From Candidatus Levyibacteriota bacterium (GTDB lineage: Bacteria > Patescibacteriota > Microgenomatia > Levybacterales > UBA12049): a stretch of 44,665 nucleotides of DNA. The DNA lies in contig JACQKQ010000034.1 in the NCBI GenBank assembly GCA_016204465.1, forward strand, positions 1 through 44,665, in the 5' to 3' direction. This document shows positions 17,248 to 27,474 of this stretch, in pieces. A program made the translations under genes and the position numbers. The notes beneath the pieces are model-generated. The model saw only the letters and a program-made list of their open reading frames with translations, did no database searches and was not told the DNA's origin. Within the stretch, counting starts at the first letter, position 1. Each line of letters starts with the position of its first letter.

Positions 17248-18906
17248 ATGAAACAATTTCTAACAAAAAACAAGACAAGCCTGTTACTTATCGCAATGAT
17301 CTTTATAGCAGGATTACTTCGTTTTTACAATTTAAATTGGGGCGTGCCATTCTACTTCCATCCTGATGAACGAAATATCGCATCTGCGGTTTCTCAACTG
17401 CGTTTCCCGGAGCAAATGAATCCGCATTTTTTTGCATACGGAAGCTTCCCGATGTATACAATTTATTTTTCGGGAATACTGATGAACTTCTTTTCCAATT
17501 TCAAATTTCCAATTTCAAATTTCCAATTTCAAATGATAAACGCTATTTCTTTTGAACAAGCTATACTTATGTCTCGGTTTTTCTCGGCCGTGCTTAGTGT
17601 TCTGCTTATTCCTTTATTTTACCTTATTGGAAAAGCATTAAAAGATAAAAACACTGGGTTACTTGCGGCATTTTTGGGTGCATCAAGTGTTGGTTTTATC
17701 CAGTTTGCGCATTTTGGAACGTTTGAAATGTGGCTTACGTTTTTTTCCCTGCTGCTTTTTTACTTCGTTTACAATATTGCACTTACTGGAAAACTACAGT
17801 GGATGGTGCTTTCGGGAATCATTATGAGCATGTTGCTATCGATTAAAGTATCAAGTGCGGTGCTGTTGCCGCTTGCCCCTTTCGCTGTTTTTTTCTACGA
17901 ACTAAAGTACGCAACACGTGCGAAAAAGAAAAAGGCGTTGCTTATATCAGTTGCTGCTTCGTTTTTACTCATCTTTCTTTCCGCAAGCACTGCGCTTCTC
18001 TTTTCGCCATATGCGTTGCTTGATTTTCAATCATTCCGATCAACCATCATATATGAATCCTCCGTTGCGCTCGGAACACTTTCGGTTTTTTATACGCAGG
18101 GTTTTTACGACATACCCTTTCCAAATGTATTTCAACTTGTGCATATTTATCCATTTCTACTCAATCCGCTCTTGACTGTTGTATTACCTATTGCGATGAT
18201 TACCGTTTTGTATCAAGGATTGACAAAGAAAGATACTGGAATGCTTTTGGTATTGATCTTTTTTAGTATACTTTTTTTCTCCCAAAGCTTCTTTTTTGCG
18301 AAGTGGACACGATATATTGTTCCTACATTACCCTTTGCATACGTTACCATTGCTATTTTTTTTTCCTCCCCGATAAAAAATAAAAGGTTGTATTTTTTTA
18401 TGATAGGGATTTTTGTCTTTAGTGTTATATATACACTTTCTTTTTTAATTGTTGTCTATACAAGAGAAGACACTCGAATTGCAGCGAACAAGTGGGCAAA
18501 GAAAAATATTCCGCAACATGCTCAAATGTTAAGTGAAGTCTATGATCTTGGTATTCTTCCTTTTAACAATAACTTTCCTTCGATTACCCTATTTGATTTT
18601 TATAATCTTGATAAAAATGCACAAAAAAAGAGTGAGTTGAACATGCAATTACAAACAACAGATTACATTATTCTTCCAAGTCAGCGAATTCTCAAGAACA
18701 GACTGATAAATTCAAAAAGATATCCTGATGGAAACCGATTCTACAAATCTCTTTTTAACGGATCGCTAGGATTCCAAAAAGTGTATGAAACACCATGTGA
18801 TCTTTTATGTAAACTTGTATATATAGAGAATCCTGTTTTTTCGCTTGAGGAAACGACAAGTGTTTTTGACAGACCAACGGTGTATATTTTCAAGAAAATT
18901 AAATGA
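17248..18906 (+). CDS. GT-C (PMT/ArnT-like) membrane glycosyltransferase
   Basis: LRFYNLNWG..FHPDE, FFAYGSFP and QFAHFGT motifs. Multi-TM. Confidence 0.8.
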   Translation: MKQFLTKNKTSLLLIAMIFIAGLLRFYNLNWGVPFYFHPDERNIASAVSQLRFPEQMNPHFFAYGSFPMYTIYFSGILMNFFSNFKFPISNFQFQMINAISFEQAILMSRFFSAVLSVLLIPLFYLIGKALKDKNTGLLAAFLGASSVGFIQFAHFGTFEMWLTFFSLLLFYFVYNIALTGKLQWMVLSGIIMSMLLSIKVSSAVLLPLAPFAVFFYELKYATRAKKKKALLISVAASFLLIFLSASTALLFSPYALLDFQSFRSTIIYESSVALGTLSVFYTQGFYDIPFPNVFQLVHIYPFLLNPLLTVVLPIAMITVLYQGLTKKDTGMLLVLIFFSILFFSQSFFFAKWTRYIVPTLPFAYVTIAIFFSSPIKNKRLYFFMIGIFVFSVIYTLSFLIVVYTREDTRIAANKWAKKNIPQHAQMLSEVYDLGILPFNNNFPSITLFDFYNLDKNAQKKSELNMQLQTTDYIILPSQRILKNRLINSKRYPDGNRFYKSLFNGSLGFQKVYETPCDLLCKLVYIENPVFSLEETTSVFDRPTVYIFKKIK

Positions 18907-20633
18907 TTAAATATTCATTTCAAATTTCCCGCTTCGCACGCAAAGCGAGGCGAGCAAATTTCAAATTTCAAATTGACATAATCCTTGTCTTAATAATTGT
19001 GCTTGGTGCTTTCTTTCGATTTTACAATCTCAACTGGGACAGTAATTTTCACCTGCACCCGGACGAACGATTCTTAACCATGGTTGGCAATGCGATGCGT
19101 ATCCCTCAATCGATAGCAGAGTATTTTGATCCGTCTACGTCTCCACTTAACCCGCCAAACATCGGTTTTGGATTTTTTGTCTACGGAACTCTTCCGCTAT
19201 TTATGAACAAACTTTTTGCAGTTTTACTTCACACGGACAATTATAATAGCTTCACCATACAGGGAAGGTTTCTATCTGGCCTTTTTGATCTTCTTGTTGT
19301 TGTTCTTGTTTATAAAACAGCGCTTCTTTTCGAGAAGCATTACAAATTGAACGATGCAATTAAATACTGGGCCGCATTTTTCTATGCAATTGCCGTGCTT
19401 CCGATACAATTGTCGCATTTTTTTGCTGTTGACACGTTTCTTAATTTTTTCATGTTTGCGTCGTTCTACTTTGCGTTAAAATTTTCCTTTGAACAAAAAA
19501 GAAGACACGTTGTTTTGAGTGCTATTTTTCTAGGAGCTGCATTTGCATCAAAAATAAGTGCAATTTTTATTGTACCTCTTGTTTTGTTTTTTATTCTGAA
19601 AAATGCCTTTTTGAAAAAGAAGCTGTATCAACTAGTCATACTCCTTGGAGTATTTAGTACAGTTACATACATTACAGTTCGAATTGCAGATCCATACATG
19701 TTTGCATCGAACAATTTTTTCGACGCGCGCATAAACGAAACATTTCTGCAAAACCTCAAAACGCTGCAAAGTTTTGAAGGGAAAGATATCTGGTATCCTC
19801 CTGGAATACAGTGGATAGAAAAACTACCTATCATTTTTAGCTTGATCAATCTTATTGTTTTTGGCATTGGCATTCCTTTTTTCTTCTTCACACTTGCTGG
19901 TCTATATTGGATAGTAAAAAGAAGCAAAAATCTTATTCTTGTTATTGCACTTCTGTGGGTAACATTCTTTTTCCTCTACCAGTCAGTACAATTTGCCCAA
20001 ACAATGCGATATTTTATTCCTATCTATCCATTTCTCGCCATCTTTTCAGGCCTTGGTTTCCATTTCTGCATTACGTTTCTAAAGAAGAAACCAGGATATT
20101 GGTATGTATTTGTAGTATTGGTGCTTATTGGTAGTATTTTTCTATGGCCAATTGCATTTTTTTCCATTTATACCAAATCACATTCTCGTGTTTTGGCATC
20201 TGAATGGATATACGATAATATTCCTTCAAATAGCCTTATTTTGTCAGAGCATTGGGATGACGCACTTCCGCTCCCATTACCAAACAGAACAGATAAATTC
20301 TTCCGTTCTAAACAGCTTCCAGTTTTCGATCCAGACACCCCTGAAAAATGGGATAAAATAAATATACTTCTTGCGCAAGCCGACTACTATATCCTTTCAT
20401 CAAATAGAGCTTGGGGAAGCATTCCAACAGTGCCAGAAAAATATCCACAAATGAGCAAATTCTACGACGATCTTTTGCATGACAAAACCGCGTATAGAAA
20501 AATCCAAGAATTTACCTCGTATCCTACTTTTTCGCTTTTCGCTTTTCGCTTTTCGCTTAACGACGATTGGTCTGACGAATCATTTACCGTCTACGATCAT
20601 CCAAAAGTAATGGTATTTAAAAATAAAAGATAG
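18903..20633 (+). CDS. GT-C (PMT/ArnT-like) membrane glycosyltransferase, paralog of the upstream gene
   Basis: FRFYNLNWD..HLHPDERF, QLSHFFAVD, EHWDDALP and DESFTVYDHP motifs. Confidence 0.8.
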   Translation: MIKYSFQISRFARKARRANFKFQIDIILVLIIVLGAFFRFYNLNWDSNFHLHPDERFLTMVGNAMRIPQSIAEYFDPSTSPLNPPNIGFGFFVYGTLPLFMNKLFAVLLHTDNYNSFTIQGRFLSGLFDLLVVVLVYKTALLFEKHYKLNDAIKYWAAFFYAIAVLPIQLSHFFAVDTFLNFFMFASFYFALKFSFEQKRRHVVLSAIFLGAAFASKISAIFIVPLVLFFILKNAFLKKKLYQLVILLGVFSTVTYITVRIADPYMFASNNFFDARINETFLQNLKTLQSFEGKDIWYPPGIQWIEKLPIIFSLINLIVFGIGIPFFFFTLAGLYWIVKRSKNLILVIALLWVTFFFLYQSVQFAQTMRYFIPIYPFLAIFSGLGFHFCITFLKKKPGYWYVFVVLVLIGSIFLWPIAFFSIYTKSHSRVLASEWIYDNIPSNSLILSEHWDDALPLPLPNRTDKFFRSKQLPVFDPDTPEKWDKINILLAQADYYILSSNRAWGSIPTVPEKYPQMSKFYDDLLHDKTAYRKIQEFTSYPTFSLFAFRFSLNDDWSDESFTVYDHPKVMVFKNKR

Positions 20634-20635
20634 AG

Positions 20636-21763
20636 TTAAAAAACGATCGCTTCATAGGCATTAAGTGAATGATCTACTGAAAACTCTTTTTTGATAACCG
20701 CTTTTTTCTTTTGGTATAGCTTCTTATTAAATAGAACTGTAGTAATCTTTTTTGCAAGACCTATTGAATCATTAGGTTTTGCAAGTTCTCCCATTCCTGT
20801 TTTTTGTATAGGAATGCGAACTCCTGGTAAGTCTGATGCAATAACAGGCACACCGCAAAGCATTGCTTCAACTTGTACCATTCCGAATGCTTCAGTTTTA
20901 TTAACACTCGGCAAAACAAGTACGTCGAGTAATGAATAGAATGCACCCATTTCTTCTTGCGAAATTGTCCCAAGAAATATAATTTCAGCTTTATATTGAG
21001 TCAAAAGCGGCTGCAGCTTTTGCAAGTACGCTTTTTCTCCAACAGGTTTTTTGGGCCCCGCAATAAGAATTGCAAAGGAACTTTTTAGCTTTCTTTTCAA
21101 AATTGGAATTGCTTCAAAAAGATACTCCATTCCTTTTTCTGCTGCAATCCGAGCTGCGACACCAATGTAGTATTTTCGCTTTGGGATTTTTGCTCGTAAT
21201 TCTTCCTTTGCGTGCTTATTAACATTTGGAACAGGAATTGGTGGATAAATATAGTGCAATTTTTTCTTGAAAAAAGGGAGGAGAAGCGTATGATTTCCAT
21301 AATCTTTAGTATATGTCACAATAGTATTTGCAAGAGAGAGTGTGAAAAAATGCGACATATGCAAAAAAAACTCAATTAAATGATTTGCAAGTCCTTTTGG
21401 TAACGCCACCTCACAGTTGTAAATACAAATAACTTTTTTTCGATAGATTCTACCAATAATTGCAGGGATTACTCCCTCAAACTGTGGCATATTGATAACA
21501 ATGGCCTCTGCTTTTGCGATACGTTTCCAAACCTCTGAAAAGTAAGATGGCATAAAAAATCCCTTATTTACACGAAAAAGATACGGGATGCGAACAACCA
21601 GAACATTTGACATTTCTTCTCCAGTTTTTAATGCTTTCTCAAATTGTGTTGTCAGAACGCACACTGAATGATCTTTGGCAAACGCTTCGGCGAGTCGCTT
21701 GACAAGAATTGTTAATCCAGATACATACGGTGTGTAATAGGTTGTGGTAAAAAGTATTGTCAT
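20636..21763 (-). CDS. Glycosyltransferase family 4
   Basis: YYTPYVSGLT, EKGMEYL and EAFGMVQVEAM..G.PVIASDLPG motifs. ATG at 21763 overlaps the upstream TGA. Confidence 0.9.
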   Translation of the reverse strand: MTILFTTTYYTPYVSGLTILVKRLAEAFAKDHSVCVLTTQFEKALKTGEEMSNVLVVRIPYLFRVNKGFFMPSYFSEVWKRIAKAEAIVINMPQFEGVIPAIIGRIYRKKVICIYNCEVALPKGLANHLIEFFLHMSHFFTLSLANTIVTYTKDYGNHTLLLPFFKKKLHYIYPPIPVPNVNKHAKEELRAKIPKRKYYIGVAARIAAEKGMEYLFEAIPILKRKLKSSFAILIAGPKKPVGEKAYLQKLQPLLTQYKAEIIFLGTISQEEMGAFYSLLDVLVLPSVNKTEAFGMVQVEAMLCGVPVIASDLPGVRIPIQKTGMGELAKPNDSIGLAKKITTVLFNKKLYQKKKAVIKKEFSVDHSLNAYEAIVF

Positions 21764-22779
21764 GTGAATTCTAAAAGAAGATCTTTGTTTGCTTTTGCCC
21801 ATTCGTACATCATTAAAATACCAGTCTTGCATGGAGTAAGAGGTTTCCAATTAAGTATTTTTTTTGCTTTTGAAGTATCACTAACATAAACGTCTTGATC
21901 TCCCGGCCGTTTTGGCGCAAAAGAAATGTTAATCTTTTTCTTCATCATCTTCTCAAGAAGCACAATAAGTTCAAGAAGCGATAGTGATCGCGCATTTCCG
22001 CCACCGACATTGAATACCTCACCGCCCACGCGGTAAATGTTTTGCAACACTTTATCATAGAGAAAAACTAAATCATCGATATATAATACATCGCGAACCT
22101 GATATCCCGTTCCATAGATGGTGAGCAGTTTTTCAAACATTGATTGAATTAAAAAATGCGCAAGCCACCCTTGGTCTTCAACGCCAAGCTGACGTGTACC
22201 ATAAATACAGGATTGGCGAAGAACAACTGTTGGAATGCCATAAATTCTTGCGTAATCGTGCATATACTGATCTGCAGCGCCTTTTGAACAACCGTACGGT
22301 GAGTAGAAGTCAAGCGGCTCTGTTTCTGAAACGCCGTTTGGAAACGCGAGGTTACTGTAGCGCTTTCCTTTTTTAACAATTTTCCCCCGCAATTTGCCGT
22401 ATACTTTATTTGTCGAAGCGTACAGAACTGCTGGTTTATGCCCTGCAAGTCTTGCTGCCTCAAGAATATTAAATGTTCCTATCACATTATTTTCGAAGTC
22501 TGCTCTCGGATTAGCAATTGAAGTAGTAACTGCTACTTGTCCTGCAAGATGGATTACAACATCGTGCTTTTTGACTTTACGCTTTACCGTTGCAAAGTCG
22601 CGGACATCTGTTTTTACAATAGTGATGCGAGGGTATTTTTTTGACAGATATGCCGCATTATAAGTAACGCCTTTCCTTGAAAAATTATCAAGTATAGTAA
22701 CGTGTTTTCGTTTTGAAAGAAAGTAATCAGCAAGGTGCATTCCGATAAATCCAGCACCACCGGTTATTAGAATCTTCAT
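21760..22779 (-). CDS. NAD-dependent sugar epimerase (CDP-paratose 2-epimerase-like extended SDR)
   Basis: ITGGAGFIG, YASTNKVYG, SPYGCSKGAADQY and LRQSCIYG motifs. Confidence 0.88.
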   Translation of the reverse strand: MKILITGGAGFIGMHLADYFLSKRKHVTILDNFSRKGVTYNAAYLSKKYPRITIVKTDVRDFATVKRKVKKHDVVIHLAGQVAVTTSIANPRADFENNVIGTFNILEAARLAGHKPAVLYASTNKVYGKLRGKIVKKGKRYSNLAFPNGVSETEPLDFYSPYGCSKGAADQYMHDYARIYGIPTVVLRQSCIYGTRQLGVEDQGWLAHFLIQSMFEKLLTIYGTGYQVRDVLYIDDLVFLYDKVLQNIYRVGGEVFNVGGGNARSLSLLELIVLLEKMMKKKINISFAPKRPGDQDVYVSDTSKAKKILNWKPLTPCKTGILMMYEWAKANKDLLLEFT

Positions 22780-22823
22780 ATCGTCAAATTTTGATTTTAC
22801 AAGTATAATAGAAAGAAGGCAAT

Positions 22824-23363
22824 ATGAACATCAGTTTTGACCTTGACGGAATATTTGTTGATACGCCTCCATTTGTCCCAAAAAAAATCATTGATATTCT
22901 TTATAGAGAAAGGAGTAATCAAATCTCGTACCGTATCCCATCAAAATTTGAACAGCATATTCGCAAGATGAGCCATATTCCTCTCTTGCGTCCTCCCATA
23001 AAAGACAACATTGCAACACTTCGCGTTATCAAAAAAAACAATACGCATTCCTACCATCTTATTACAAGTAGGTTTGGTTTTTTGAATGAGGAAACAGACT
23101 GTGTTCTCAAAACGTATAATCTCCATAATCTCTTCCACACCATTTCAATTAACAAAACTAACAATCAACCGCACCTTTTTAAGCATGCTATGATTAAGCA
23201 ATTACACATCAAGCGGCACGTTGATGATGAGCTTATTTTGCTTGAGTACCTTGCGAAAATACACCAAAACGTCTTATTTTTTTGGCTTAATAAGAAACAA
23301 AAAAAGATCTTACGAAAAAACTTGTACTCAATTACCAATCTTGCTGATGTACTACAAAAGTAA
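22824..23363 (+). CDS. HAD-superfamily protein
   Basis: ISFDLDG motif I, LITSR, a conserved K and HVDDE. Confidence 0.7.
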   Translation: MNISFDLDGIFVDTPPFVPKKIIDILYRERSNQISYRIPSKFEQHIRKMSHIPLLRPPIKDNIATLRVIKKNNTHSYHLITSRFGFLNEETDCVLKTYNLHNLFHTISINKTNNQPHLFKHAMIKQLHIKRHVDDELILLEYLAKIHQNVLFFWLNKKQKKILRKNLYSITNLADVLQK

Positions 23364-23368
23364 ACCGT

Positions 23369-25666
23369 ATGCCATTAAGTGATATATTCCTTGTTTTTCA
23401 ATGGTGGGGAATGTTTGCCATTATCGGTTTATTGTTTTTTCCGCTTGCAAACTACCTTTTCCCATCATTTATTGACCGCGGCTTCGTATTTGCAAAAGTT
23501 TTAGGAATCATCTTAACCAGTTATATTGTCTTTCTTCTTGGAACACTTCGCATTATGCCGTTTACGCAAATAAACGTGATTGTAACTATCATTGGATTAA
23601 GTATAGCGCTCTTCTTTTTTCTAAAAGGCTCGCTTCTTTTGCAACAACTTAAAAAGTCTTGGTGGTTAATAGTGCTTGAAGAACTCCTCTTTTTTGCCAC
23701 GCTTCTATTTTGGACGTATGTTCGAGCGCACCAACCCGAAATCCGTGGCCTTGAAAAGTTTATGGATTTTGGATTTGTTAATTCTATTTTACGAGCTGAA
23801 TACTTTCCGCCAAAAGATATGTGGTTTACGCCTTTTTCGATTAACTATTATTACTTCGGGCATCTGACAACTGCAGTACTGACAAAACTTATTGGCATAC
23901 CATCTTTTGTAACATATAACCTTATGCTTGCGACGCTTTTCGCATTCACCTTCACTTGTTCATTCTCAATTGGAGCAAACCTAATTCATGCAATATCGAA
24001 TATCGAATCTCGAAATTCGAAACGATCTCAAAATAAAAAACGTTTTGAAAATTCAAATTTGTTTCGTGCTTCGGATTTCGGATTTCGGATTTTAATCGGT
24101 GGATTATTAACTGCATTTCTTGTTTCACTTGCAGGGAATCTCCATACTGTCTATACCTTTTTCAAACCATACCAAACAGATAACCCGCTCCCGATTACAC
24201 AACTCGCATTTTCTCCTACATCTTTTCCAAATAGCTACTGGTACCCAAATGCGACACGGTTTATTTACAACACCATTCATGAGTTCCCTATCTATTCATT
24301 CGTCGTAGCAGATCTCCATGGCCACGTACTGGATATCCCTACAGTTCTCTTGACAATTGCAGTATTACTTTCTCTAATAAATTCGAAGCACAAATATCGA
24401 AATTCGAAACAAGATCAAAATACAAATGACCAAAAAATGAAACTTTTTGAAAATTTTAATTTCAGAAATTGGAATTTGTTTCGGATTTCGGATTTCGGAT
24501 TTCGGATTTTACTGCTAGCATTTTTGCTAGCAGTTATGTACATGACAAATATATGGGACGGAATTATCTACTTATTGTTGGTAATTGTGGTTTGTTTGTA
24601 TCTTAATTTAAAAAATGTGCCATTTTCCGCTTTACGCTTTACGGTTTACACCTTGATACTTATAGTAGGATTTATTCTTTTCTCTCTCCCTTTTAGCTTG
24701 CACTTTAAGCCATTTGCGTCTGGCATTGGCGTTCTCTGTGCGCCACAATTTTTAACAAATATTGGAAGAATTGGTCCGTTTCTTTTTGAAGCAGATCATT
24801 GCCAAAAATCTCCCATCTGGCAGCTTGCAACACTGTATGGATTTTTCTATTTTTGGGTAATTGCGTTTTTTGTTTTCCTTCTTCGAAAATTGCGCGAAAA
24901 AACATTTATGCCGTCTGTGCAAGACCTTTTTGTTATTATGCTTATTTGCCTATCAAGCATCCTCATTGTAATACCTGAATTTATTTATGTAAAAGACATT
25001 TACCCAGCCCATTACCGAGCAAACACAATGTTTAAACTTGTCTACCAAGCGTTTATCATGCTCTCAATAGCGTCTGCGTACAGCATCACAAGAATAATTA
25101 CCAATTACCAATTTCAAATTTCAAATTTCAAATATATAAGATTTATCTTTTTTATATTTGCTATTTTATTTTTTATTTTGGTAGCAATATATCCGTATTT
25201 CGCGATCACTTCGTACTACGGCAATTTGCAAACATACCAAGGATTAGACGGCATAAGATACCTAAACGCGCAGTATTCCGATGATCATAAAGCCATTCTC
25301 TGGCTTAACAAAAACATCGCTGGTCAACCGGTTATTCTTGAAGCGCAAGGAGACTCTTATACTGACTTCGCACGAATTTCTGCAAATACTGGATTACCAA
25401 CAGTTTTAGGATGGACTGTGCATGAATGGCTCTGGAGAGGCACATATGATATTCCTTCTCCTAGAATTGCAGAAGTGCAAACGCTCTACGAAACAACAGA
25501 TATAAAAGAAGCAAAGCGGCTTATTGATAAATACAATATAGAACTTATTCTTGTCGGAACGCTCGAGCGGCAAAAGTACCCAAGCCTGCAAGAAGAAAAG
25601 TTCAGCGCAATGGGGCGCATTATATCCAAGCAGGGATCAACAACTATCTATAAGCTCACTCGTTAA
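23369..25666 (+). CDS. DUF2298 (YYY-motif) GT-C-like membrane protein carrying in-frame repeat inserts
   Basis: EKFMDFGF, INYYYFGH, IHEFP.YSF...DLHGH, RANTMFK and GLPTVLGW..HE..WR motifs. Confidence 0.85.
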   Translation: MPLSDIFLVFQWWGMFAIIGLLFFPLANYLFPSFIDRGFVFAKVLGIILTSYIVFLLGTLRIMPFTQINVIVTIIGLSIALFFFLKGSLLLQQLKKSWWLIVLEELLFFATLLFWTYVRAHQPEIRGLEKFMDFGFVNSILRAEYFPPKDMWFTPFSINYYYFGHLTTAVLTKLIGIPSFVTYNLMLATLFAFTFTCSFSIGANLIHAISNIESRNSKRSQNKKRFENSNLFRASDFGFRILIGGLLTAFLVSLAGNLHTVYTFFKPYQTDNPLPITQLAFSPTSFPNSYWYPNATRFIYNTIHEFPIYSFVVADLHGHVLDIPTVLLTIAVLLSLINSKHKYRNSKQDQNTNDQKMKLFENFNFRNWNLFRISDFGFRILLLAFLLAVMYMTNIWDGIIYLLLVIVVCLYLNLKNVPFSALRFTVYTLILIVGFILFSLPFSLHFKPFASGIGVLCAPQFLTNIGRIGPFLFEADHCQKSPIWQLATLYGFFYFWVIAFFVFLLRKLREKTFMPSVQDLFVIMLICLSSILIVIPEFIYVKDIYPAHYRANTMFKLVYQAFIMLSIASAYSITRIITNYQFQISNFKYIRFIFFIFAILFFILVAIYPYFAITSYYGNLQTYQGLDGIRYLNAQYSDDHKAILWLNKNIAGQPVILEAQGDSYTDFARISANTGLPTVLGWTVHEWLWRGTYDIPSPRIAEVQTLYETTDIKEAKRLIDKYNIELILVGTLERQKYPSLQEEKFSAMGRIISKQGSTTIYKLTR
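23992..24092. mobile_element. Heptamer-ended foldback element, copy 1, in frame within the DUF2298 gene
   Basis: Left arm aatatcg-aatatcg-aatctcg-aaattcg-aaac. Right arm gttt-cgtgctt-cggattt-cggattt-cggattt. Confidence 0.7.
24379..24509. mobile_element. Heptamer-ended foldback element, copy 2, in frame within the DUF2298 gene
   Basis: aaattcgaagcacaaatatcgaaattcgaaac ... aatttgtttcggatttcggatttcggatttcggattt. Confidence 0.7.
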
Positions 25667-26762
25667 GCTTTGAGGGGCTTGGTGTAACTTTGCAGTTACC
25701 GATTTCTATTTCGCATTTCACAAATGCTTGCATTTCTGTGTAATTGCCCGCCCCAAGCCGCGGAATAATAACCCATTGCCCTTCATATGCGTCTGAAACA
25801 GGCGGATTAATCACCATGCCCTGTTCTTTTTCATAGTACGGCGTATAGTAGAATACAACACTATTAGTCTTAGCGTTTTCCATTTTCCGCGCAAGTTTTA
25901 TAAAATCGTCATACTCATCCTCTTTAATATTTGTATCAATACTTTCTTTAAACACATCATACAAACTAATAATGCGCGAAGGATTTACAAGCGTCCCAAG
26001 AGAGAAGATTTTTGCCTTAAATGCATCAATGACTTTTTCCTGGCGTTTTGCCCTGGCAAAATCAGTACCTTCTTCTCCTTTTGCATGGCGTGAGCGGACA
26101 AACTTAAGCGCCGTTTCTCCATTTAGGTGCTGCAGTCCTTTTTCAAACTGTATGTGTTCAAACCGGCATGGAAACGCCTCAAGAATAGCTGAAGAAGTTG
26201 CCCGTTTTTCAAATTCCTCACCTTCAAAACCGCAGGTATCCGTTTCTTTGCCGGAAAGCGGGTATTCAGAATCTTCAAAGCTTCGTTCTACATTAACATC
26301 AACCCCGCCAATGGTGTCAATAGCTTTTATAAATCCGTTAAAATCAATTCTTACTGCGTAGTCAACAGGCTGTTGTAAAATCTTTTGCACAATAGCTGTT
26401 GTGAGCACCAACCCTCCTCCTTTACGTTTTGCCTCACCATAAGCATATGCGGTATTAATCTTTGCTTTCATTTCAGGAATCCATAAATCCCGCGGCAAGG
26501 AAACAAGTGTTGTCTTTTGTCCGTTGGAATCAATACCTGCATAGATAATAGTATCTGTAAGAAGCGGTCCGTCATGTCTTCCTCCACCGATTCCAAGTAC
26601 CAAGATGTTAATTCGAGCTTCAATTTTCTTAAGTTCGATTGCCGGCTTTAGGAAAAGCTGCCACAAAAACGGGATCTTCACGAGCACGATGCCGTATACA
26701 ACAAGTAAAAAAAATAAAACGGTAATAATAATTTTCTTCTTAGATATCTTTTTTTTACGCAT
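25656..26762 (-). CDS. LytR-CpsA-Psr (LCP) family glycopolymer ligase
   Basis: INILVLG, LTDTI, SLPRDLW, KINTAY, GGVDV, ALKFVRSRH and DFARAKRQ motifs. Confidence 0.92.
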   Translation of the reverse strand: MRKKKISKKKIIITVLFFLLVVYGIVLVKIPFLWQLFLKPAIELKKIEARINILVLGIGGGRHDGPLLTDTIIYAGIDSNGQKTTLVSLPRDLWIPEMKAKINTAYAYGEAKRKGGGLVLTTAIVQKILQQPVDYAVRIDFNGFIKAIDTIGGVDVNVERSFEDSEYPLSGKETDTCGFEGEEFEKRATSSAILEAFPCRFEHIQFEKGLQHLNGETALKFVRSRHAKGEEGTDFARAKRQEKVIDAFKAKIFSLGTLVNPSRIISLYDVFKESIDTNIKEDEYDDFIKLARKMENAKTNSVVFYYTPYYEKEQGMVINPPVSDAYEGQWVIIPRLGAGNYTEMQAFVKCEIEIGNCKVTPSPSKLNE

Positions 26763-27414
26763 TCTGGATGATTTGTAGGAATTCATCTACGTTGAGGCTT
26801 GCTCTACCAACTAAAACACCGTTTATATTTGGCATAAGCGTAAAATTACCTACATTTGCTGCTGTTACGTTTCCCCCATATAAAACAACTGCGTTTTGCT
26901 GTTTTTGTAAAATACTCTTTGCTGCGTTTTCTGCATTCTCTGGTGTATCGGCAGGACCAGGACTAATGGATGAAGGAGGCTCATAGGCAATAATTGAAAC
27001 ATTATGAGGAATCTGCGTACGACTATCTTGAATAAAGTATATTGATTGAAGATTGTACGTATTTGCCATTGCAACCTTTTTTTCTAACAGCTCCTGATTT
27101 TCAAACAAATATTTTTTTCTCTCGGAATGCCCTATAAGGACATAGTCTGCAAATTCTTTTATTTGTTTTCCGTTTACCTCTCCTGTATAAGCACCTTTAT
27201 CAAATGGAGAAATATCTTGCGCTCCAATCTTTATAGAAAGATTATGATTATGAATCAATGATTTTACTATAGGAAGAAGCGTAAATGATGGACAGATAAT
27301 AATTTCCTTTTCCCTAATTCCTAATTCATAATTCCTAATTCCATTGAACCACTCCTTGGCTTCAGATTCCGTTTTATTCGACTTCCAATTAGCCACAATA
27401 AAGATTCTCTTCAT
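26755..27414 (-). CDS. tpiA: Triosephosphate isomerase
   Basis: VANWKSNK, GAYTGEV, IGHSER, IAYEP, LYGGNV and LVGRASL motifs. Confidence 0.95.
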   Translation of the reverse strand: MKRIFIVANWKSNKTESEAKEWFNGIRNYELGIREKEIIICPSFTLLPIVKSLIHNHNLSIKIGAQDISPFDKGAYTGEVNGKQIKEFADYVLIGHSERKKYLFENQELLEKKVAMANTYNLQSIYFIQDSRTQIPHNVSIIAYEPPSSISPGPADTPENAENAAKSILQKQQNAVVLYGGNVTAANVGNFTLMPNINGVLVGRASLNVDEFLQIIQNA

Positions 27415-27474
27415 GCTTGATCGCATAAGACTAAAACTTGAGCCGCGTTTGACGCGGTGGTATTATTATACTCC

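Noticed and set aside
23992-24509. Self-splicing introns or inteins in the DUF2298 gene
   Set aside because: The inserts are only ~100-130 bp, are built of simple repeats and lack group I/II or intein terminal motifs.
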